From positions 3,104,001-3,168,000 of the forward strand of contig OZ242214.1 of NCBI GenBank assembly GCA_965206595.1: 64,000 bases of DNA, read 5' to 3'. Under the pieces are notes generated by a model. That model was not told the DNA's origin and searched no databases. It saw only the letters and a list, made by a program, of their open reading frames with translations. Source of the stretch: Candidatus Latescibacterota bacterium (GTDB taxonomy: Bacteria; Latescibacterota; UBA2968; UBA8231). Both the position numbers and the translations under genes were made by a program. Shown here in pieces: positions 38,017 to 48,579 of this stretch; within the stretch, counting starts at the first letter, position 1, and the number at the start of each line of letters is the position of its first letter.

Positions 38017-38678
38017 GTAGAGCATACGCCACAATAATCGTTGCGCTCGTTGCCGCTACTTGGGCCATCTATTTTTTCGCACAGGGAGTCCAACTCGCAT
38101 GGAGCTTTCTGGTCCCTTTCTCTGTCGCAGTGGGTGTATTGACCTCCACAGGATTTGTGTTTAAACACTGGGCCTGGTACTGGCCAGGAGTGCATCTATT
38201 GACAAAGACCCCTCGGTTGACCGGAACCTGGGTGGGCAAACTCAGATCCAACTACATCCACGATGGCGAAACCGAGCCGCGTGGTCCCATCGACGTGGCC
38301 ATGGTGGTAACACAGTCCGTCGATGGGCTGAACGTTCGTCAGTACACTCAGGAGTCTTCCTCGACAACAGTGGCGGCATCCGTTTCTGAGGAACCTGGCG
38401 AACGGTTTTCGCTTGCTACGGTCTACTTGAACGAGCCCGAGATCCAGCTTCAGCAGACACGCAGCCCGATGCACTACGGTGCCACTCGACTCACTATCGA
38501 AGGACCACCGCGAAACCCCAAGAGGCTGACAGGAAACTACTGGACCGGTCGAAGAACATCCGGCTCGCTTGACCTCAAGTTCGTCTGCCGGTTCCGGGCG
38601 CACTCTTTTCAGGAGGCTTTGTCCCTTGAGAAGAATAGGCCTTCTCGCTTGGCGGGATTGTTTGGTAGTCGTTTGTAG
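38013..38678 (+). CDS. cap15: CBASS Cap15 effector (2 TM helices plus beta-barrel)
   Basis: ATGA overlap with cdnE; two hydrophobic helices, PRLTGTWVGKLRS, TQESSS, YLNEP, HYGATRL, LTGNYWT.R.TSG. Confidence 0.85.
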   Translation: MSRAYATIIVALVAATWAIYFFAQGVQLAWSFLVPFSVAVGVLTSTGFVFKHWAWYWPGVHLLTKTPRLTGTWVGKLRSNYIHDGETEPRGPIDVAMVVTQSVDGLNVRQYTQESSSTTVAASVSEEPGERFSLATVYLNEPEIQLQQTRSPMHYGATRLTIEGPPRNPKRLTGNYWTGRRTSGSLDLKFVCRFRAHSFQEALSLEKNRPSRLAGLFGSRL

Positions 38679-38705
38679 GTTTTTCAAAGGTGGTCTAACA
38701 AGAAG

Positions 38706-39240
38706 GTGGTTCCAAGAACTCCGGGTTCGGTTTCTTGTGTGATCGTGCAGACGAGCGAGCGCCGCATCATCCGCCTGGGCTCCCGGCACGGCTTGCTCAA
38801 GGCCACTCAAGCCGAATCGGCTCGCCGACGAGGAGCCCGTGCTGGCCGACCTGACGGCGCCCCGGTGGTTGCACCATCGCCACCGGGACCGGGGCTGCCT
38901 GCGCCTCCTCGATTCGCATCGGTTTTCCTTCGCGCTCAAAACGCCGTGAGCGGGACCAACCATCTCCTGCTCTCGCCGATGAAACTGCCTGAGAAGCTGG
39001 CAGCTCTGGTCCCCCCGCCCCGGTTCCATCTACTGCGTTACCATGGGGTCCCGGCTTCAGCCCCGTGCCCGGGGCCGCGGCCGCACCGTGCCCGCCAAAC
39101 CGGTTGAGGCGTCGACGGCGGAAAACGGCGATTCGAGCGCTGGGCCCGCTCATCGCCCTGCGCTGACGGACGGGCCGCCGAAAGCCATTCCCCCGTCACG
39201 AAGAATCCCCCAGCCGTCACCCAGATTCCCCCATATTCAG
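38706..39240 (+). mobile_element. Degraded IS91/ISCR-family (HUH Y2) transposase remnant
   Basis: Frameshifted pieces LADEEPVLA, LKTP, GTNHLLLSPMKLPEKLAALVPPPRFHLLRYHGV; boundaries approximate. Confidence 0.7.
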
Positions 39241-39295
39241 TTGAGGAGTCTCGGGTCCCAGGAGAACGCATGAGACCGCCAACGGAGTGCGCAGG

Positions 39296-42200
39296 ATGAC
39301 GCAACAGCGAAACGACGAGTTCCCCGACCAACTCCACATCAACCATGTTCGTGATGCCCTTTGGCGGCGTCCGGGCCAGGCGTCGGTGATGATCGGGAGT
39401 GGGTTTTCCCGGAATGCCAGAAAGAACCGGCCCGACGCCCCGGATATCCCTTTGTTGCCGGACTTGGCGGATGCACTGTCCAAGGATCTCTCCGTCTCAC
39501 GAGACAAACCGGAGTGCGAGGTCGATGCCTTGGAACTTGCATAGGAGTACGAGCGGGTCTTCGGCCGGGCGCGTCTCCACCAGTTCCTGATCGACTCGGT
39601 GCGCGACGAGGATTTCGGACCGGGCGAGCCTCACCTCAGACTGTTGAAGCTGCCGTGGAGGGATGTCTTTACGACCAACTGGGATACCCTGCTGGAACAG
39701 TGCCGTCGGGTGTCTGAGCGGTCGTACACTCTGGTTTCTTCGCCGACACAGCTTCCGCTTTGCGCGCCGCCCCGGATCGTAAAGCTGCATGGATCCTTGG
39801 GTGGGACCTTCCCACTGATCGTCACCAAGGAGGACTACGAGAGCTATCCAGAGAAGTTTGCTCCCTTCGTGAACACCGTACATCAAGCGATGATGGAGAC
39901 GGTCTTCCTGTTGCTCGGTTTCTCGGGCGAGGATCCGAACTTCCGGCGGTGGATCGGGTGGGTCGGAAAATACCTGGGGGAATCTGCCCCGAGAATCTAC
40001 TTGGCTGGCTGGCTCGGTCTAAGCCAGCTTGGCCGGAAGGAGTTAATTGGAAAGAACATTCGGCCCATCGACCTTGCGGAACACCCCAAGGCTGAGGAAT
40101 GGGAAGAGTCAAGGAAGCACGTAGATGCCTTGGAGTGGCTTCTCGTCTCCCTTGAGCAAGGAAGGCCCAATTCAGAGGATGGGCCATCTCACCTGGAACC
40201 GAACCGACTGAGTGTGCGGGCCGATCTTCGGCCTATGCCGTCTGTGGTCAATGCGCCTGAAGAGGAACTGTGGGAGCATGCCCCGGGAGAGCCCCACGAA
40301 CCTGCTTATCTGGAGAGAATCAGATATGTCGTGCGCGTATGGGGGAACAATCGAGAAAGTTGTCCATCCTGGCTGGTCATGCCCTTCGAGGAGGCGCAGG
40401 AAGTGCGTGCATACACCGATCACTGGCAGCCACCGATCCTTGCTGCGTTGCCGAACCTGGCCGACGGGGCCGAGCGTCTTGGTGCGCTGAGCGAGCTGGT
40501 CTGGCGGCGTGAGGCGGCATTCGATCCACTCTTCAAGGATCTCCAAAAGGCCGTTGGCGGTGTTCTCGAGGAGATCGACTGCGAGCGTCGTTTGGTCGGA
40601 GGCGAGGATCCAGGGGATCTGGATTGGGGCCGTGTTCGGCGTCAGTGGAGGACGCTGGCCGCGGCTCTCGTGACGGAGGCCCGATTTGACTTTGATCGCG
40701 AGAGGTTCGAGCACTGGATCGAACAACTGGCGCCCCTCATGGTGGAAGACGAAGACCTCGTCGAGCGGGTAGAGCATGAGAAGTGTCTGTGGGCGTTGAA
40801 CCAGCAAGACTATCCCCAGCTCAATGATCTGGTTGGGCAGTGGAACCCGCGAGCTACGGATCCGGCCTGGCTGTTGAGGAAAGCGGCAATGTTGGCAGAA
40901 CTGGGCCGTCACCAAGAAGCAAGAGAACTCGCGCTCGGCGTACTGGAGACGGTGCGTAGGTGGCCTGGCGGTCCGGCTAGTCTGGCCGGCGTCTCAAGGG
41001 AGGCATGGGCTCTGCGGCTCGCCCACGTGACCGACGACGACAGAGAGAACACGATTGCGAAGTTGCGCGAGTTGGAAGCGAGGTACCGCGAGTTTGCGCA
41101 GTATGGATGCGACCCGACAGCTGAGTTGCGGGCTCACGAGCCGGCAGTCGTGGGCAGCCCTCCGGTCGAGAAGCAAAAGCCGTTCGATCTCGGCAGGATT
41201 CCCGGGGAGGGTTTGAGCTTCAGCAACGTGGCCTACCATAGGGTTCTGGCGGCCCTGCGCGCGATAAGATTCGCCGAGGTAGTCGGATCGCCGAGCTTCG
41301 TCAGCGGCACTTTCCTAACCCGTGCGGCAGAGGCGCTCCTGCCCTACAGCCCGGAATGGGCCTCAGCGCTTGCCGTGCGCTGCGCAGACGGAGGTGCTGA
41401 TCGGCGGTTCTCGAGAACCTTGTCGCGCTGGCGGATCGCATTCATGGAGCCGGAGTTGGCCCGGTCTTTGGCCGAGTCCCAGCGCCGTACGATCGAGTAC
41501 GCACTCAAGCAGGTGGAACGCAGCACCCGTGCGGTTCAAACCTGGTGGCTCTGGAGCCAACGGCTCGAGGCCGCGATAGAAGCGTTGTCCCGGTTTGTTC
41601 TCCGCTTGAAACCCGAAGAAGTGGAGAGCGCGCTGCAGTTGGCGCGGTCCCTTTATTGCAATCCCCGGATTCACTCGCGCATCCAGTATTGCAAGCCCTT
41701 GGGCAATCTTCTGCGCAGATCATGGGAGGCCCTTCCTGGTACCCTACAGGCGCAACATGCACTGGACCTTCTCCGCCTGCCCATCGTCGGTGTCGACGGG
41801 TTTGCCGGGAACTCGGCAGACCACTACGAGGATCCCGGTTACATCATCGACGCCGCGAATTCGGTACGGGATTGCCCTGCCCCCGCCCGGTCCGAGGCTA
41901 ATGAGAGTGCCTGGGTCGAAGTTGTTCGTCTCGCCGACAAAGGACTGGGTACCGGAGGCACGGCGCGAAAGCGGGCGGCGGTCAGGCTGGCCGTTCTGTC
42001 GCGTTGGCAGAGGTTGACGTCGGACGAGCGGCAGCGGCTTGCCGGCTCGCTGTGGGGGTTCGGCTTGGATTGCGATGGTCTGCCGAGGGATGCGGACCTG
42101 CACCCGTGGGTGTTTCTGAAACTGCCGGAGCCGGAGCCTGGGATGGCTGAGAAACGGCTTCGCGCCGCGTGGGTAAAATCCGCGAACTGGGAGGACGAGA

Positions 42201-43108
42201 GTAGGGAGTCGCTGGAGAAGGTCCTTGCCGGCGCGGGGACTGCCCTGAGCAACCTGCCAGCACGCGGACACGAGATCACGCTCACTAATGCCGAGGTCGA
42301 TTCACTCCTGGCAGCGGTTGATCGCTGGGCAGCGATGGGACCCTCGACGATTCTTCCATGGAACCGCCCCCATATGTTGCAGGAGTGGCGCAGCACCTTG
42401 AGGAACGTCGCGGCGTTATTACTGGAGTTGGAAGCGAGCCCCACGACGGCACAGACATTGCTCGACACCGTGCGGAAGCTGGGCACTGAAAAAACGCCAG
42501 CATACGAGTTGGTGCCTGGAATCGTGAAGTCCGGCCAAGAGCTGGCCGGTTCCGCCGCGGCGTTGCTACGGATCGGGCTCGGAGGCTCGACACCTGAACA
42601 ACGCGAACAAGCAGCGAGCGCGTGCATAGGTCTGTATCGGTGGCTTCGGGCTTCTGTCTGGGAAGATTCCCGTCTACCACGGCCACCTGACCACTTGGTA
42701 TTTGAGATGGGCGAAATCATCGCGGCCCCCAGGTGGCTTGTTCTCTCCCAAGCTCTTGAGATTGCGGCATGGGTGTTCGAGGAGGGATCCACGGAGCACC
42801 GCGAGCTTCTACGGCCATCAGTCCTTTCAGGTCTCGAGTCTCTCCGGCGCGCGCTTGTCTTTCGGGAGATTTCTTCGCATCCCTTCGTCGAACAACCCCA
42901 GGTCAGCGAAGATGACGTGGACGTGCCTTGGCTCCGCTGGCGTTGCGTCCAATTGGCAAAGGCCATGGACACCGCCGGATTCGGAGACGAGGCGGCTGTA
43001 ACTGGGTGGCTGAAGGACGCCGAGACAGATCCATTGCCGGAGCTGCGCTTCGCGGTGGAAGACTGGCACGACCGTCGGGTTTCGAAAAACGCGCCTGCCT
43101 CAGAGTAA
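39296..43108 (+). pseudogene. Dsr1-like SIR2 defence protein interrupted by one in-frame TAG (39542-39544)
   Basis: VMIGSGFSRNA..LELA*EYERVFGR continues in frame into VFTTNWDTLLE, IVKLHGS, LGFSGEDPNF, then a long helical C-terminus. Confidence 0.8.
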
Positions 43109-43272
43109 GGGAACAGATCGGCCGATTTCACCGCTCACTTTTCCCAGGAGGAAGGATGCTGCCATTGGTCGGCCATTCCCATCATATGGCCGATGGTGTG
43201 CAGTACCGTGAGACGCGGCCTCCTCGGGAAGGGATTGTTTGCCATTGAAAGTGGACGGAAGCCGTGAACCGG

Positions 43273-43698
43273 TCATTGAGGCTGATCGATAGATGAGGTG
43301 AACGATCGGATGGCATCCAGAACTCCCCCTTTTGGCAAGGTGCCGTTGACCCTCAATCGTATGTCGCTGTGCTTGGTTGACGCAGAGACGGCGGCAAATC
43401 GGATGAGGCCGGTGGTAAGGAACTCCAGGGCAAGGATGCCATCAGGGGGGATACGCCACTCGACCTGCGCCAAGCCGTTCGGGCTGATGCCGATCTCTGG
43501 ATCAGGCAGTGATCGTTCGGTCGTGAGGAAGCCAACCAGGGCTCTCATGGAATCAATCACCATGGAGGGTTCCTCCGGATCGTTCCTGGAAAGATCCTGG
43601 AGATATCTCAGTCGATCGGCAATCTGCTTTAAGCCCGATTCTTGGAGGAGGAGGAGGATTTCATTCTGCGTGTTGGCGCTGGCAATCATTGTTCCCAC
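43273..43698 (-). CDS. Hypothetical protein
   Basis: 141-aa ORF with a globular pattern (IADRLRYL..PEIGISPNG..VEWR..ILALEF). Confidence 0.6.
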   Translation of the reverse strand: MGTMIASANTQNEILLLLQESGLKQIADRLRYLQDLSRNDPEEPSMVIDSMRALVGFLTTERSLPDPEIGISPNGLAQVEWRIPPDGILALEFLTTGLIRFAAVSASTKHSDIRLRVNGTLPKGGVLDAIRSFTSSIDQPQ

Positions 43699-44122
43699 GG
43701 GAGGGAGGTAGCAAATGTTATGTGAAGTAAAGGGAAAGAACCCTTAAGCTGGAACCCAAGTTTGCAGGCTACGCGCTGAACTGCCCTGCCGCTCAAACGC
43801 AGAAATCCTTGATGGGGCGCGGCATCGCCATCATGCACATCTACAGTAGCCAACTCAATCAATGACGCTGTATTGTCGGAGGCAACCGAACCTGATTTTG
43901 AATTCCCGTACTTGGAAATCAGCGCTGTGGGCACTGGTCTGCTGGTAAGTCAACCTACAAGGATTAGATTTGAAAGAGCACCCTCGCGGGCTGGGCGAAT
44001 CGTAAGAACCGGCGACACATCGTATCTACTGTTCGGACATACCTGAAGGCGACATGGACGGCCGCGCCTTTGACGAGGGCCTGCCAGCGGAAGAGGAGCT
44101 TCCAATCGAAAGCGGTGAGATC

Positions 44123-44362
44123 ATGACGGACTGGAGCAAGTGCCCGGCGGTCGAGAGCGTGCCCGGCAGGCTCAGCGGAGCCTGGGTTTTCACTGGGACG
44201 AGAGTGCCGGTTTCCGCCCTGTTCGGGAATCTGGCAGCGGGGGCCACGGTAGAAGAGTTCCTGGACTGGTTTGAAGGAGTGGAGAAGTGGCAGGTAAACG
44301 CAGTGCTTGAGCACATGGTCACCGACCTCGACGCCAGGGTGAAGCTTGAGAATCCTGTTTGA
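44123..44362 (+). CDS. DUF433 antitoxin
   Basis: DWSKCPAVESVPGRLSGAWVFTGTRVPVSALF.NL..GATVEEFLDWF. Confidence 0.9.
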   Translation: MTDWSKCPAVESVPGRLSGAWVFTGTRVPVSALFGNLAAGATVEEFLDWFEGVEKWQVNAVLEHMVTDLDARVKLENPV

Positions 44363-44681
44363 CAACAACACCCCAAGGCCCCTACGCGGCCATCTTTCGG
44401 AACACGCCGTGGATACGGCCAGGGAGAGGGGGTGGGCCGAGTTGAGCAACGGGAATCTGCTGGACCGCGCTGAGCAAGAAGGCTACGAGATAATGATAAC
44501 CGCCGACCAGAGCATGAGGCACCAGCAGAACCTCGGTCGCAGGGGCTTGGCTGTCATAGTCCTGCTCTCCAACAGATGGCCTGATGTCCAACCGAGGATA
44601 GAAGATATCCGCGCCGCCCTGGACGGGATTCAGCCCGGTGAGGTGCGGGAAATCCCCATCCCGATGCGAGACGAGGCATAG
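44346..44681 (+). CDS. DUF5615 PIN-like toxin
   Basis: RILFDNNTP, GW..LSNG.LL..AE, ITADQ. Confidence 0.85.
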   Translation: MRILFDNNTPRPLRGHLSEHAVDTARERGWAELSNGNLLDRAEQEGYEIMITADQSMRHQQNLGRRGLAVIVLLSNRWPDVQPRIEDIRAALDGIQPGEVREIPIPMRDEA

Positions 44682-44682
44682 C

Positions 44683-44852
44683 GTGACTACCGACACCAGC
44701 GAGAAGGGGCTTGAGCGCCTCATCTGCGAGGCGCTTACGGGCACCGCCTGTGACCCGCCTCAGGGCAGTGCGATTGCCGAGCGGCCAGTCCAGCTACGGC
44801 GCAGGGTGGATATGCGGAGACCCGCAGGACTATGACCGGGAGCACTGCCTGA
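44683..44852 (+). pseudogene. hsdR: N-terminal stub of a type I restriction R subunit
   Basis: VTTDTSEKGLERLIC.ALTG, a frameshift, then GWICGDPQDYDREHCL, then truncation. Confidence 0.6.
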
Positions 44853-44906
44853 CGTCTGCCACACCTGCCAGCGAGGATAATGCGAAAGGACGCCCCAGCT
44901 TCCAGG

Positions 44907-45554
44907 TCAGAAAACCAGCCGGGTATAATCCTCCCACTGGTGGAAGCCCAGGGTCGTAAGGTGTGCCGTCGAGGAGTGCTCGGGGTCTTCCAGGCCGCCG
45001 TTGTAATTGTAGCGGCAGACCGCGAAGGACCACTCGGTCCCCGGCCCCGGCGCTGAATCGAGGCCGAACGCCTTCCAGGGGATGCGGACCTCCACCGCCC
45101 ACCTGTCCTCGAGCCGCCAGACCCGCCGCAGCGTCCCGCTGTCCGGTGCGATCACCTCCTCCCAGCTGACCTCGCCCCCGGAAAACCGCTCCCGGTCGGG
45201 GATGTGGAGGTCCATCAGGTAGCCGTTGGGAGTGACGTGGATCTCCCAGTAGTCGCTGCGCTCGGCACCCGGCTTGACGAAGAACTCGGCGACGTCCCCG
45301 AGGGTCCACATGCGCTGGTTGTCCGCGGTTGCCTGCGAGAAGATGTCGCTGTCGGTGAAGCAGGTGTAGAAGCTGAGGCCCTCTTCGGCGGCTCCGACCA
45401 GGGCGCTCCCCTTTTCCGCGGGGAAAACCTCCGGCCCTTCCCAGTACCGGCGCAGCGGGAGCAGTGCGGATTCCCGGTACTTCTCCGGATGCTCGGCTCC
45501 GAAATCCTGGACGTCTCCCGAAACCCGGGGACAACGGATCGAGGGGGTTTCCAT
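44907..45554 (-). CDS. CBM9-like/DOMON carbohydrate-binding protein
   Basis: MW..GDVAEFF.KP..YWEIHVTPNG..WAVEVRIPW..WSFAVCRY. Confidence 0.7.
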   Translation of the reverse strand: METPSIRCPRVSGDVQDFGAEHPEKYRESALLPLRRYWEGPEVFPAEKGSALVGAAEEGLSFYTCFTDSDIFSQATADNQRMWTLGDVAEFFVKPGAERSDYWEIHVTPNGYLMDLHIPDRERFSGGEVSWEEVIAPDSGTLRRVWRLEDRWAVEVRIPWKAFGLDSAPGPGTEWSFAVCRYNYNGGLEDPEHSSTAHLTTLGFHQWEDYTRLVF

Positions 45555-46131
45555 TTTGGGGGCTCCTTTGGTGGAAGGCAGGGGGAGATCCTGCTCGCCT
45601 TCGGCGACACGGAGCCCCTCCTGAACTAGTTGAGGCACTGTTCCGGTCCAGGAACGATGGCTGCCTGGGCCGCTGTGGAGCGGCTCGGAAAATTCCGCAC
45701 TCTCGATGGTTCCTGGACCGATCACGCCGAATAAATGGAACCAGATACCGGCAATTAACATGGTCTCCATCTGCTTCCCCCTCGCTTGACGGCCGCCTTG
45801 CCCGGGCGGCAGTTTGGTTTCCGGTCTCGCTACCGACCCTTCCCGATTCCATGAATAAGTGATTAAGCCGGAAGAAATCCCACCCGTATTCGACACCGAC
45901 AGGCGAATCGGCGTCGGGAAGAAGCCGGGGATCCGGGCCGTCATCGACCCGCCTCCCCTTCATGACCTTTTGACGAGCCCTACCCATATAGTGCTGCCCG
46001 GAACGATTTCATACCCATATGATGGGGTCGGGGCATCCCGGCCCTTTTCCTGAAACCGCTCGAGCAGAACATCGTACCGGTCCTCCACCTTTCGCGGACC
46101 GCGACCTGACCCGAAGACTCGAGGTGACGAC

Positions 46132-47331
46132 ATGAAGATCAAGAGCATCCGCGCCGTGCAGGCCCGCTTCCCCGAAACTGTCGCTGCCGGCCCCGGCCAG
46201 AAGCAGTACAACACGGCCCCCCGTCCCTCATGGATGGAGAGCGGCCCGGTCGCCAACCCGATGACCCGGTACCCCCGCTACGCCGCCTACCGGGCTTCCT
46301 GGACCCCGGCCTGGAGCGGCTTCGGCTGCCTGGTCGAAGCCGAGGACGGCAGCTGGGGGTTCGCCACCGCCAGCCACGGGCGCCCGGTGGCGGCGATCAT
46401 CGACGACTACCTCGGGCCGCGGCTGCTTGGTGAATCCTGCCTGGCCACGGAGAAGTGCTACGACATGATGGTGCGCATGGGGGCGCCCCACGGCGCCTCC
46501 GGCCTGCACTCCTACGCGGTCAGCGCCATCGACCTCGCCCTGTGGGACCTGAAGGGGAAGCTGCTGCAGCGTCCGGTGTACGAGCTCATCGGCGGCCCTG
46601 CCCGCGACGAGCTGTTCTGCTACTCGACCGGCGGCGACACCGACTGGTACATGGAGCTCGGCTTCCGGGCGACCAAGCTGCCCTGTCCGTACGGCCCGGC
46701 CGACGGCCTCGAGGGATTGAGGAAGAACGTCGCGCTGGTGGCCGGAACCCGCGAGCTGATCGGGGACGAGGTCGAGCTGATGCTCGACTGCTGGATGGCC
46801 TTCGACCTCGAGTACGCCGTCCGCCTCGGGGAGGAGCTGCGGCCCTGCAAGCTCAAGTGGATGGAGGAGGTGCTGCGTTCCGAGGAGCTCGACGCCCACG
46901 CCGAGCTGCGCCGGCGGCTGCCCTGGCAGACCCTGGCGACGGGAGAGCACTGGTACACGACGGCGCCGTTCCAGCAGGCGGCGAGCCGCTTCCTCGTCGA
47001 CATCCTGCAGCCGGACATCAACTGGGTGGGCGGCCTGACGGCGCTCGTCAAGATCTGCGCCATCGCCGAGGCGGCCGGCATCTCCGTCATCCCGCACGGA
47101 GGCGGCAACACCCCCTACGGCCAGCACGCCTGCTACGCGCTGCCGGCCATCCCCTGGACCGAGTGCTTCGTCGGCTCCGCCCCCGGGGTGCCGCCCGAGC
47201 AAGCGGCGCGGATCCCGGGGGCGGCGATCCCGAAGGAAGGGCGGATGAAGCCGTCCGGCGCCCCCGGCTTCGGAGTCGAGGTCACTCTCGACCAGCTGTC
47301 TCGGTTCGCCTACGGGTCGTCAGGGGGATAG
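46132..47331 (+). CDS. L-rhamnonate dehydratase-like enolase-superfamily enzyme
   Basis: VANPMTRYPRY..SW, SAIDLALWDLKGK, YSTG, KLP..YGP.DG.EG, MLDCWM, KWMEE, ATGEH, IPHG. Confidence 0.85.
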   Translation: MKIKSIRAVQARFPETVAAGPGQKQYNTAPRPSWMESGPVANPMTRYPRYAAYRASWTPAWSGFGCLVEAEDGSWGFATASHGRPVAAIIDDYLGPRLLGESCLATEKCYDMMVRMGAPHGASGLHSYAVSAIDLALWDLKGKLLQRPVYELIGGPARDELFCYSTGGDTDWYMELGFRATKLPCPYGPADGLEGLRKNVALVAGTRELIGDEVELMLDCWMAFDLEYAVRLGEELRPCKLKWMEEVLRSEELDAHAELRRRLPWQTLATGEHWYTTAPFQQAASRFLVDILQPDINWVGGLTALVKICAIAEAAGISVIPHGGGNTPYGQHACYALPAIPWTECFVGSAPGVPPEQAARIPGAAIPKEGRMKPSGAPGFGVEVTLDQLSRFAYGSSGG

Positions 47332-47430
47332 TCCCTTCGCGGGGAAGGAGCGGCGGCGAGCAGAAGGGCGCACGCGGGCAGCAGAACGGGTGCCGCAGCC
47401 TCGCCGACTGTCCGCCCGCGAAACGTTCCC

Positions 47431-48462
47431 TCACCCGATCTCCTCGGCTACCAGCAGGATCGTCTGCCCCTGCTCGACCCGGGCCCCCCAGGCCTGGGTC
47501 ACGACGATACCGTCGGTGCCGGCCCTGACCTCGAAGGGCTCCTCGTCGAGGCGTTGGAAATCGTGCAGCAGCCCGACCGTCTGCCCCCTGGTCACGCGCT
47601 CGCCGCAATCGCGCAGCGGCTCGTAGTGGCCGGGGTACGGGGCCATCTCCGCGGCCCCGCCACGAACCAGGTGCTGGGTGCCGTCCGCATGGTGGCCGAT
47701 GGGCTCGATCTCCCCCCCGAGCTGGCCGTGGTGGATGGCCGCGGCGAGCACCCCCTGGCGGGCGTAGCGCACGCCGGCGACGTCGACCGAAGATCCGTAC
47801 CCGAGCTCGGTGCCGATCGCGAACTTCCCGAGGTCGTCCGCCTCCTGGTACATCCCCCGTGAAACCCCGTCCGACGGCGAGTTGGTTTGCGCCATGACCA
47901 CCGGCACCCCGAACCAGCGCGCCATCTGCTCGCGGCGCTCGTTCATCCCGGGATCGTCGCAGGTGAAGAAGCCGGCCCAGTGGGCGAAGCGGGCCACCTC
48001 GCCGCCCGAGTGCAGGTCGATGCAGATGTGGACGTGAGGCCAGATGCACTCGCGCACGAAGCGGACAATGCGGTGAGTGATCCCCGCCATGGCAGGGGTG
48101 GTGCCGGCGCCCTCGACGAAGACCCGGTTGAGGTTGAAGCCGTCGTCGCCCGTGCTCTCGCGGGCCCCGACGCGGAAGGCGGCGACGTTGAGGACCGGAA
48201 CCAGCACGATGCGGCCGAGGACGTCTTCGCTGCGGATTTCCCGCAACAGGTGCTTGATCGCCACCGGACCCTCGTACTCGTTGCCGTGGCAGGAGCCGAA
48301 CGCCACCAGGCCTTCGCCAGGCCGCGCCTGCGGGCCGGCGACGACGGTGAGGGGAATCAGGTGGCTTCCCCAGATACTGGTGTGGGACAGGGCGACCCGG
48401 TAGTCGCGCCGCCCCGGGCTCTCGAGATCGACTTCACCGGCCGTGACGATTCGGCGTTCCAT
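47431..48462 (-). CDS. Succinylglutamate desuccinylase/aspartoacylase-family protein
   Basis: HGNEYEG, NLNRVF, DLHSGG, TELG, biotinyl-like C-terminus. Confidence 0.85.
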   Translation of the reverse strand: MERRIVTAGEVDLESPGRRDYRVALSHTSIWGSHLIPLTVVAGPQARPGEGLVAFGSCHGNEYEGPVAIKHLLREIRSEDVLGRIVLVPVLNVAAFRVGARESTGDDGFNLNRVFVEGAGTTPAMAGITHRIVRFVRECIWPHVHICIDLHSGGEVARFAHWAGFFTCDDPGMNERREQMARWFGVPVVMAQTNSPSDGVSRGMYQEADDLGKFAIGTELGYGSSVDVAGVRYARQGVLAAAIHHGQLGGEIEPIGHHADGTQHLVRGGAAEMAPYPGHYEPLRDCGERVTRGQTVGLLHDFQRLDEEPFEVRAGTDGIVVTQAWGARVEQGQTILLVAEEIG

Positions 48463-48579
48463 ATTCACATCTCCCTTGTCATCAAATGTTGTCCTCCACG
48501 CGAACGAAGCCGCTTCGCGGATTCGCGGGATAGTCCCTTCGGCTTCCCATCTCCTGAGCTTTCCCACCGAACTCCGAAG

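Noticed and set aside
39542-39544. Genome-wide amber recoding
   Set aside because: TAG is the normal stop of several intact genes here (sbcC, the IIG enzyme, cap15, the transaldolase-like gene)
45555-46131. Long intergenic region and the N-terminal extension of ORF 44907-45944
   Set aside because: The extension looks non-coding and no recognisable riboswitch or ncRNA motif was found; probably a divergent promoter region with decayed sequence
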